Source of the DNA: Candidatus Altimarinota bacterium
Lineage (GTDB): Bacteria > Patescibacteriota > Gracilibacteria > UBA1369
Length of the DNA stretch: 32,000 nt
Reading direction: 5' to 3'
Assembly (NCBI GenBank): GCA_041659405.1
Contig: JBAZYK010000001.1
Span: 90,001-122,000 of the forward strand
The notes below the pieces were generated by a model, which was not told the origin of the DNA, ran no database searches, and saw only the letters and a program-made list of their open reading frames with translations. This document shows positions 8,168 to 14,983 of this stretch, piece after piece. A program made the translations under genes and the position numbers. Position 1 is the first letter of the stretch. Each line of letters starts with the position of its first letter.

Positions 8168-11038
8168 ATGGACATCAAGAAATTTATTTCAGAAAAGAAA
8201 GTAGCACTGCTTGTTACAGCAGGTGTTTTAGTTGCCGTAACCGCAGGTGCGTTTTACTTCTCCCAAGGTAGTTTGTTTAAGGGGGCTTTACCTGGACTTA
8301 GGCCAGTAGGCGTAAGTGGAGTTACTGTGACACCTACAACTTTTGATTCAACAAAAGATGGGCAGTCTGTAGATATTACTTTAGACTATTACTTTAACCA
8401 AAGTGATGGGTATAATAGTAAAGTAAATATTAAATTGTTCAAAAATGGAGACTCTTCTCCTGTAGTGGATGTGGATAAGGTTTCCACTGATGGAAAAATT
8501 AATTTTTTTGAATGGCATACTCCTTATTCCAAGGCGTTAGATGGTACTTATACTTTCAAACTTGATTATTTATATAAAGGGCCACTTGATGTTAATGGTG
8601 TTACAAAAACAGTTACTTCCCCACCTTTCACAATTCTGACGTCGGTACCTCCTGGTGGAATGCCCCCGGGTATTCCTGTTGCAGCTATTAATAAAGTTAC
8701 CGTGATACCTGCTAGTTACGAATATTCTGTTGGACAAAGCGCAAATATGAGCTTTACCCTGGATTACTTTTTCCAAAAAGATGATGGAGATAAAGACCCA
8801 AAAGTAACAATCACAGTAATGAAGTCCGGTGGTGGTCTGCTTAAAGATACTGTAGCCAATCCTGCTATGGCCTTATCAGGTAACCAACTTGTAACTAATG
8901 GTGGTGAAAATAAATTTTCCTGGGATAAATCATATGATCCAAATTTAGATGGTACATATTATTTTAAACTTGATTATTCATATCAAAATTCGGATCCGGT
9001 TCCGCAACTTGTAACTTTGTCAGTTAAATCACCAACTTTCACAATTAATCATGTTGCTGCTGTAAAACCAGATGCAAGCTGTAAACCATCTTTAAGCAGT
9101 GTCGTTTCAGGCTCATCAGTGAGTTGGACTGCAACGGTTACTCCTCAAGGCGCTTTGACACCTCTATATCATTGGAGTGGTGATGTAGCTGATGTTTCTC
9201 AGCTTGATATGAAATCACCTGAGTTAAGCTTTACTACTTCCTATAAAACTGTTGGCAAAAAAGCTGTTTATTTCAAGATTCCAGAAGGAATTAATAGTTA
9301 TAAATCTGTACTTTGTGATGGTTTGATGGTTAATGCGTCTGAACAAAAAGTTCCAACTTTAACCGGAACCGCTACCCCAATCAAATATACCTTGGGTCAA
9401 GGTGATATTAGTTTTGATGTAAAGGTTGCTAATGCAGCAGTTGGCAATCATGTAACATTTGCAGAAAAAGGATATCCAGATGCAATTTTGTTAGACAGGC
9501 CATTAATTAATGGCGCTACCGGTTATAAATTCAATCCAACAGATGTAAAATTGGCTGCCGGAAAATATGTAATGCTTGCGACATTATATGATGTAAGTGT
9601 TCAAAAACCTTACAGTGCCAAAAGTATTTCTCTTGATTCTGTGGAAATTCCATTTGAAGTTGTTTCAGCTGGTCAACCTCCTGCTGATAAAGATTTCCCA
9701 GCGGACCTGGCTTGTACTGTTAAACCACTGGTTTCAGCAAAAGTTGGTGATTCCGTTACTTGGTCTGTTAATAACATGATCTCAGGTACTACTTATAGTT
9801 GGAGTGTTTCTGGTTCTGGCGCTTATACAGGTACAAATAAGAATCTCTTGAAGCAGACTGCCCGTTCTTTTACGACTACTTACCCAGGTGCGGTAACGGC
9901 TAATATGACTGTGACTTTGGAACAAGCTGGCTATACTACAAAGAGTGTTGACTGTGGAGAACTTGAAATTGTAGCTGCTGCGGCTCCTGCTGATAAAGAT
10001 TTCCCAGCGAACTTGGCTTGTACTGTTCAACCACAAGGATCGGCAACGGTTGATAATAACGTAACTTGGACTGTTGCTAATGCCCCATCAGGTACAACTT
10101 ATAGTTGGAGTGTTTCTGGTTCTGGCGCTTATACAGGTACAAATAAGAATCTCTTGAAGCAGACTGCCCGTTCTTTTACGACTACTTACCCAGGTGCGGT
10201 AACGGCTAATATGACTGTGACTTTGGAACAAACTGGTTACAAGACAACAACTTTAGCCTGTGGAGAACTTGAAATTGTAGCTGTTTCTCCTCCAGGTCCA
10301 AACTGTGTCGGTTCAAGCTGTCCTCCTACTCCTACCGATTGTGTCGGTTCAAGCTGTCCTCCTGATCGTACTCCCGACTGCGTTGGTACCGCTTGTAATC
10401 CTGAACCTACTCCAACACCAACACCAACACCTACACCTACTCCAACTCCAACACCTACACCTGTTCCGGGATGTGCAGGTTACTATGACATTCCGTTGAA
10501 TTCTACTACATGCCAAAAATATTCTACTATTTTGCAGGATGTAAAAGATCGCGGCATTATGACAGGTACCGCAGATGGCAATTTTGATCCTTATGGTTAC
10601 TTACAACGTGATCAGATTTTGAAGGTGCTTAAGCTGGGTAGACTTGTAAACGAGAAATTATGTACTAATTTGTCACCATTCCCGGATGTTCCTCGTGGTC
10701 TTTGGTCTTGCAGCTTAATTGCTGAAGCACAACAGGCCGGCTGGATTACAGGTTATTTGGATACAGGACTTTACATGCCTTATAATCCGGTTAATCGTGC
10801 TGAATTCACAGCAATATTGTTCCGCATGTTAACTCGTACTTTTAACTTCCATGCTCCTTTGGATGCATCAATTAATTTTAGCGATGTTCCAACAGACGTT
10901 TGGTTCAGCCGTTTTGCGGCTGCCGCCTATAAGTTGGCCTGGTTTAGTGGAACGTTTATGTATCCTGATAAGCCAATGACCAGAATTGAAGTTGCCCAGA
11001 TCATTCATCAATTGTATGTAAATGGACAAATAAATTAA
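8168..11038 (+). CDS. SLH domain surface protein, third paralog, with duplicated Ig/PKD-like modules and Thr-Pro linker
   Basis: 956 aa. N-term MDIKKFISEKKVALLVTAGVLVAVTAGAFYFSQGSLFKGALPG; TPTPTPTPTP linker; SLH block CAGYYDIPLNSTTCQKYSTILQDVKDRGIMTGTADGNFDPYGYLQRDQILKVLKLG...MTRIEVAQIIHQLY. Confidence 0.85.
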   Translation: MDIKKFISEKKVALLVTAGVLVAVTAGAFYFSQGSLFKGALPGLRPVGVSGVTVTPTTFDSTKDGQSVDITLDYYFNQSDGYNSKVNIKLFKNGDSSPVVDVDKVSTDGKINFFEWHTPYSKALDGTYTFKLDYLYKGPLDVNGVTKTVTSPPFTILTSVPPGGMPPGIPVAAINKVTVIPASYEYSVGQSANMSFTLDYFFQKDDGDKDPKVTITVMKSGGGLLKDTVANPAMALSGNQLVTNGGENKFSWDKSYDPNLDGTYYFKLDYSYQNSDPVPQLVTLSVKSPTFTINHVAAVKPDASCKPSLSSVVSGSSVSWTATVTPQGALTPLYHWSGDVADVSQLDMKSPELSFTTSYKTVGKKAVYFKIPEGINSYKSVLCDGLMVNASEQKVPTLTGTATPIKYTLGQGDISFDVKVANAAVGNHVTFAEKGYPDAILLDRPLINGATGYKFNPTDVKLAAGKYVMLATLYDVSVQKPYSAKSISLDSVEIPFEVVSAGQPPADKDFPADLACTVKPLVSAKVGDSVTWSVNNMISGTTYSWSVSGSGAYTGTNKNLLKQTARSFTTTYPGAVTANMTVTLEQAGYTTKSVDCGELEIVAAAAPADKDFPANLACTVQPQGSATVDNNVTWTVANAPSGTTYSWSVSGSGAYTGTNKNLLKQTARSFTTTYPGAVTANMTVTLEQTGYKTTTLACGELEIVAVSPPGPNCVGSSCPPTPTDCVGSSCPPDRTPDCVGTACNPEPTPTPTPTPTPTPTPTPTPVPGCAGYYDIPLNSTTCQKYSTILQDVKDRGIMTGTADGNFDPYGYLQRDQILKVLKLGRLVNEKLCTNLSPFPDVPRGLWSCSLIAEAQQAGWITGYLDTGLYMPYNPVNRAEFTAILFRMLTRTFNFHAPLDASINFSDVPTDVWFSRFAAAAYKLAWFSGTFMYPDKPMTRIEVAQIIHQLYVNGQIN
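9681..10292 (+). repeat. In-frame tandem duplication, period 306 bp (102 aa), within the third SLH gene
   Basis: ctgctgataaagatttcccagcg at 9681 and again at 9987. A stretch of about 130 nt (acttatagttggagtgtttctggttctgg...gtgactttggaacaa) is identical by eye. Confidence 0.9.
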
Positions 11039-11169
11039 TCATGGAGAATGCAGGTGAATAAGCAGCTGACGCAAAAAAAACGCGCTCGCTCGAGGAAGGA
11101 AATCAAAAAAAATTGCCTTTCTCACAAAAAAATTATATATTTATTAAGAATTTCTTTAACAAAATACAC

Positions 11170-11697
11170 ATGAAAACAAACTTAAAAAATTGGTCACAGG
11201 GTGCACTCAAGGGCTTCACGCTCATTGAATTACTCATCGTGATCACAATTATCGGTATCCTAGCAGTGGCTTTGTTGCCATCAGTACTAGGTGCTCCAGC
11301 CCGCGCAAGAGACGCGGCTAGAAAAGCGGATTTGAATAACATTGTTGCGGGATTGGAAACTTATAATAGTGATAATCAAAAGTATCCTGATACTGCTGGT
11401 AATTGTAGTGCTGTTGATGGTCTAACAAATTTCTCACAATATTTTCAGGGGGGCAAAATACCAAAAGATCCTCAGACAGGTTCATATCTATACTGTGGAG
11501 TTACAGGGAATGGGTCAGTGTCATATTACATCGTTTCCAAAGTTGAAATCGCAGGTGATGGAAATGCTTATTACGCTAGCGCTCCTTCAACTTCTATATT
11601 AGCTGATGTTTTTGGAGGTGCGACAATAATTGATCAATGTAAGCCAAAAAAATCAGCTGCAGCAAATGATTGTAATTACTATTTAATTGTAAAATAA
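11170..11697 (+). CDS. Type IV pilin-like / pseudopilin precursor
   Basis: MKTNLKNWSQGALKG/FTLIELLIVITIIGILAVALLPSVLGAPARARDAARKADLNNIVAGLETY: prepilin peptidase site G/FTLIE and hydrophobic helix. ATG at 11170 is preferred over the upstream in-frame start at 11113. Confidence 0.93.
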   Translation: MKTNLKNWSQGALKGFTLIELLIVITIIGILAVALLPSVLGAPARARDAARKADLNNIVAGLETYNSDNQKYPDTAGNCSAVDGLTNFSQYFQGGKIPKDPQTGSYLYCGVTGNGSVSYYIVSKVEIAGDGNAYYASAPSTSILADVFGGATIIDQCKPKKSAAANDCNYYLIVK

Positions 11698-11720
11698 TTT
11701 ATTAGATGGATTTTTAAAAA

Positions 11721-11750
11721 GCTCTCCCTTAAACCCGGAGGGCTTTTTTT
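11721..11750 (+). terminator. Rho-independent terminator of the pilin gene
   Basis: GCTCTCC-cttaaaccc-GGAGGGC followed by TTTTTTT; 7-bp stem with one G-U pair. Confidence 0.75.
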
Positions 11751-11890
11751 GTTGTTTAAAGAATTGCGCTGCGTTTTTTGTACCAATGTGTTCGGATTGA
11801 GTGGGGCGCGCGGCGCCTGCACTGCTTGCGCACTTTCGCGCTGACCTTTGGATTGCACCACTTTAGGTGAGTCAAAAAACTCCGTAGCAT

Positions 11891-12025
11891 TTTAAAACAA
11901 TTTTGCCATAATTCAAAAGTGGCGTGATTTGCGTTTTGGTATTCCGATTTTACGGCTTACATATGCCACATTCTCAATTCGCACCCTTCCTCCCCGGGGA
12001 GGGATTACCGGCCAAGGCGCACTTT
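11891..12025 (+). repeat. Intergenic repeat R1, copy 1
   Basis: 135-bp block tttaaaacaattttgccataattcaaaagtggcgtg...cctccccggggagggattaccggccaaggcgcacttt, nearly identical to 12939-13073. Confidence 0.9.
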
Positions 12026-12120
12026 CTTGTGTCGGCGGTTTTGGCTCGATGGGGTTGGAGTGTGCCCGGGGCTGACGAATTTTTTCAAATAAAGAATTGG
12101 ACAAGAGGACGCAGCCGTTT

Positions 12121-12390
12121 GGTTCGCAAAGCCAAAAAACAAAGAATTTGCCAATATGGGAAAATAGTCCACAATCGACTCCGGTAATCCGTAAATTTTG
12201 GCTTCAGGAAAAGAATAATCGCCAATTTTAAAAAAGTCCCCCGGGGGACATCCGATGATTTTATGCCGATTTCATAATCAGTTTAATTTTTTTTAATGTT
12301 GGAAGATTAAACTGGACAGCGAATCTGGAATTTTTGCTAAACGGATTTTTATGGAAACTATCATGTTGGACAGCTCGGTTTGGATATCGT
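12121..12390 (+). repeat. Intergenic repeat R2, copy A (runs into the start of the first PIN gene)
   Basis: ggttcgcaaagccaaaaaacaaagaatttgccaatatgggaaaatagtccacaatcgactccggtaatccgtaaattttggcttcagg...gtcccccgggggac...gatttcataatcagtttaa...gattaaactggacagcgaatctgg...ttggacagctcggtttggatatcgt; repeated at 13110-13493 and 14090-14414. Confidence 0.9.
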
Positions 12391-12752
12391 TATTGGGACA
12401 GGATGTGAACACGGAAAATGCTGAAAAAATTCATGATCACATTAAATCACTAAAATGTGAGATAATATTACCCATAATTATTTATGTAGAAGTTACAAAT
12501 AATATTATTAAACTGGATAAAACCGGCTTGATTAGGGGGAATTTCGAGGAAATTATTAGATTAAATAAAATAAAAATCCTTTTTCCGTCAGAGAAATTTT
12601 GGTACAATGCGATTGTTAATTGTACAAAAGGAATAAGGCTTAAAACGCTCGATTTGCTGATTCTTAACAGTGTCCTTGAATATAAAGTCGGAGAATTCTT
12701 CACTTTTGATAAAAAACTTAAAGCAGCATATGATTTAATCAAAAAATTATGA
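12351..12752 (+). CDS. PIN-domain putative toxin nuclease, cassette A
   Basis: METIMLDSSVWISLLGQD...IIIYVEVTNNI...RLKTLDLLILNSV...FFTFDKKLKAAYDLIKKL; all four expected acidic PIN positions are present. Confidence 0.82.
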   Translation: METIMLDSSVWISLLGQDVNTENAEKIHDHIKSLKCEIILPIIIYVEVTNNIIKLDKTGLIRGNFEEIIRLNKIKILFPSEKFWYNAIVNCTKGIRLKTLDLLILNSVLEYKVGEFFTFDKKLKAAYDLIKKL

Positions 12753-12874
12753 AAAAATCTGTAAAAAGAAAATCAAAAAAACTGGAGGAGCAAAAACTGC
12801 TCATAAAAATCCGTTTGGCACGTGTAAAAATACCGGGCAATGATTCCGTAAAGTACATACAAAGCAACAGGTAA
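12749..12874 (+). CDS. Small basic ORF overlapping PIN-A by ATGA; candidate antitoxin/partner (41 aa, absent from the ORF track)
   Basis: MKKSVKRKSKKLEEQKLLIKIRLARVKIPGNDSVKYIQSNR*. Position and C-terminus are conserved with 13857-13991 and 14775-14921. Confidence 0.65.
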   Translation: MKKSVKRKSKKLEEQKLLIKIRLARVKIPGNDSVKYIQSNR

Positions 12875-12938
12875 GCTTGAGGATACGAGAGCGTGAGGTC
12901 AAAAGCCCTCCCCTTAAATCCGGCGTTTTTTTGTTGTC

Positions 12939-13073
12939 TTTAAAACAATTTTGCCATAATTCAAAAGTGGCGTGGTTTGCGTTTTGGTATTCCGATTTTA
13001 CGGCTTACATATGCCACATTCTCAATTCACACCCTTCCTCCCCGGGGAGGGATTACCGGCCAAGGCGCACTTT
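12939..13073 (+). repeat. Intergenic repeat R1, copy 2
   Basis: See 11891-12025; same 135-bp length with a few substitutions. Confidence 0.9.
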
Positions 13074-13109
13074 TGTTCGTATAAAGAATTGCGCAGGGTA
13101 ACGCAGAAG

Positions 13110-13493
13110 TTTGGCTCGCAAAGCCAAAAAACAAAGAATTTGCCAATATGGGAAAATGATTCGCAACAGACTCCGGTAATCCGTAAATTTTGGCTTCAGG
13201 AAGAGAAGAATCGCCAATTTTAAAAAAGTCCCCCGGGGGACAATTTATGAAGCAGGAACCCGGCGGAGTGCCATACGGTGGCTTGCCGCTGCGGAGGTGA
13301 AATTTGGGGCGGTAATTATGCGCACTTTTTCAGGCCAATGATTTTATGCCGATTTCATAATCCGTTTAAAAAATTTTAATGTCGAAAGATTAAACTGGAC
13401 AGCGAAATCTAGCCGGCGGTTAGGTTTTTCGGTTATCATTGATTATGTTACTTATGAAAACGGCACTTTTGGACAGCTCGGTTTGGATATCGT
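13110..13493 (+). repeat. Intergenic repeat R2, copy B, interrupted by an extra segment
   Basis: ttggctcgcaaagccaaaaaacaaagaatttgccaatatgggaaaatgattcgcaacagactccggtaatcc...gtcccccgggggacaatttatgaagcaggaacccggcggagtgccatacggtggcttgcc, then gccgatttcataatccgtttaaa...gattaaactggacagcg...ttggacagctcggtttggatatcgt. Confidence 0.88.
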
Positions 13494-13876
13494 CTTTTAT
13501 CAAAGATGTTCATGAACAAAAAGTGAAATCAATTTTTGATAAGTTAATGATGGAAAATGCAAAAATAATATTACCGAAAATTGTTTATGCTGAGATTATG
13601 AATAACCTCATTCGCGTTGATCACACTTGCAAACTTTCCCGCAAAGCAAAGGAAAATCTATTAAATAATGTAAAAATAAGTGTTATCGACTTTAAAGCGG
13701 AATTCTGGCATAAGAAAATCGAGTACTATGCAAAATCGGTCCGGCTCAAAACTATGGATCTTTTGATTCTTGCATCTGCATTTGAATTTAATGTAAATGA
13801 GTTTTATACTTTTGATGTGAAATTGATGAATGCTTTTAATATTTTAAAATCGCGCCATGATAAAAAAAACAATTAA
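13454..13876 (+). CDS. PIN-domain putative toxin nuclease, cassette B
   Basis: MKTALLDSSVWISSFIKDVHEQKVKSIFDKLMMENAKIILPKIVYAEIMNNLIRVD...VRLKTMDLLILASAFEFNVNEFYTFDVKLMNAFNILKSRHDKKNN. ATG at 13454 aligns with the A and C starts; the longer 13439 start is less likely. Confidence 0.82.
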   Translation: MKTALLDSSVWISSFIKDVHEQKVKSIFDKLMMENAKIILPKIVYAEIMNNLIRVDHTCKLSRKAKENLLNNVKISVIDFKAEFWHKKIEYYAKSVRLKTMDLLILASAFEFNVNEFYTFDVKLMNAFNILKSRHDKKNN

Positions 13877-13991
13877 ACGAAAGAAACAGGAAAAACGGGA
13901 TTTAAAATTTCTTATCAAGGAGCTTGATAAGGTGCAGATTAGCGTTGGAAAGAAGTTTGATTCCGTAAAGTTCATACACAGTAATAGATAA
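13857..13991 (+). CDS. Small basic ORF overlapping PIN-B by 20 nt; candidate antitoxin/partner (44 aa, absent from the ORF track)
   Basis: MIKKTIKRKKQEKRDLKFLIKELDKVQISVGKKFDSVKFIHSNR*. Confidence 0.65.
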   Translation: MIKKTIKRKKQEKRDLKFLIKELDKVQISVGKKFDSVKFIHSNR

Positions 13992-14089
13992 GCCTAAGGA
14001 TGCGAGAGTGAGGTCTATTCAAAGAGACTTATCTTTACCCCTGGAGGGCTTTTTTGTTGTCTAAAGGATTGCGCAAGGGAACGTAGCAG

Positions 14090-14414
14090 TTTGGCTCGCA
14101 AAGCCGAAAAACAAAGAATTTGCCAATATGGGAAAATAGTCCACAATCGACTCCGGTAATCCGTAAATTTTGGCTTCAGGAAGAGAAGAATCGCCAATTT
14201 TAAAAAAGTCCCCCGGGGGACAATTTATGAAGCAGGAACCCGGCGGAGTGCCATACGGGGGCTTGCTCCTGCGAGCCGATGATTTTATGTCGATTTCATA
14301 ATCAGTTTAAAAATTTTTAATGTCGGAAGATTAAACTGGACAGTGAATCTGGAATTTTTGCTAAACGGATTTTTATGGAAACTATCATGTTGGACAGCTC
14401 GGTTTGGATATCGT
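14090..14414 (+). repeat. Intergenic repeat R2, copy C
   Basis: tttggctcgcaaagccgaaaaacaaagaatttgccaatatgggaaaatagtccacaatcgactccggtaatcc...gtcccccgggggacaatttatgaagcaggaacccggcggagtgccatacgggggcttgc...gattaaactggacagtgaatctggaatttttgctaaacggatttttatggaaactatcatgttggacagctcggtttggatatcgt. Confidence 0.9.
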
Positions 14415-14782
14415 TTTTTGCTGAAGATTGCCATACTCCTGAGGCTAAAAGGATATTATCTAGAATAGAATCCGGTGAAGACATAATATTAATTCCATCA
14501 ATTATTTATGCCGAAATTATTAATAATCTCACGAAATTAGACAAAACCCTTAAATCAGTAAGTGTGGCAGAAATAGCTTTTAAAAATATAAAAATAAAAT
14601 TTATGAATCCGGACAGGAAATTTTGGTTTAAAAAACTCAAGCACTATTCCCTTAAAGTACAATTAAAAACAATGGACCTCGCCATTCTTGCAATTGCATT
14701 TGAATATAAAGTAAATCAGTTATATAGTTTTGATATAAAGCTGCAGAAGGCCTACGAATATCTAAGAAATCATTATGAATAA
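14375..14782 (+). CDS. PIN-domain putative toxin nuclease, cassette C
   Basis: METIMLDSSVWISFFAEDCHTPEAKRILSRIESGEDIILIPSIIYAEIINNLTKLDKT...VQLKTMDLAILAIAFEYKVNQLYSFDIKLQKAYEYLRNHYE. Confidence 0.82.
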   Translation: METIMLDSSVWISFFAEDCHTPEAKRILSRIESGEDIILIPSIIYAEIINNLTKLDKTLKSVSVAEIAFKNIKIKFMNPDRKFWFKKLKHYSLKVQLKTMDLAILAIAFEYKVNQLYSFDIKLQKAYEYLRNHYE

Positions 14783-14921
14783 GAAAAGAATTAAAATTGT
14801 AACAAAAAAAATAGAAATATTGCCTACTGATGACTTCAGGACGATTATAAAAAAAATGGATAAAATCCGGATAAAAATTAAAGGATTTAACTCCGTGAAG
14901 TTCATACACAGTAATAGGTAA
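14775..14921 (+). CDS. Small basic ORF overlapping PIN-C by 8 nt; candidate antitoxin/partner (48 aa, absent from the ORF track)
   Basis: MNKKRIKIVTKKIEILPTDDFRTIIKKMDKIRIKIKGFNSVKFIHSNR*. Confidence 0.65.
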   Translation: MNKKRIKIVTKKIEILPTDDFRTIIKKMDKIRIKIKGFNSVKFIHSNR

Positions 14922-14983
14922 GCCTAAAAAGGCGTGTTTTCCCGTAACTGCGCGCGACGATTGAAATTATTTCACGGCTGCGG

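Noticed and set aside
11924-13223. ORFs 11924-12187 (MICVLVFRFYGLHMPHSQF...) and 12972-13223 (MVCVLVFRFYGLHMPHSQF...), similar to each other
   Set aside because: Similarity is explained by the R1/R2 nucleotide repeats. The frames diverge abruptly outside the repeats, lack family features, and run through palindromic DNA.
12900-14056. Terminators after small ORFs A and B (gccctccccttaaatccggcgttttttt; acccctggagggctttttt)
   Set aside because: They look like decayed versions of the pilin terminator with poor stem pairing by eye. Not confident enough to list as features.
12121-14414. R2 as an integron attC array or as tRNA/tmRNA genes
   Set aside because: No integrase is present in the window, no clear attC R/L core sites and no cloverleaf-like tRNA were recognized. 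The cassette resemblance is noted only as architecture, not as integron identity.
12118-14414. Type III toxin-antitoxin RNA for the PIN genes
   Set aside because: Type III antitoxins are short tandem repeats upstream of a ToxN-like nuclease. R2 is one long non-tandem element per unit and the toxins are PIN-like.
12351-14921. Alternative genetic code (TGA = Gly, as in some CPR groups)
   Set aside because: PIN-A ends naturally at a TGA that forms an ATGA overlap with the small ORF, and the large ORFs contain no in-frame TGA. The standard code fits.
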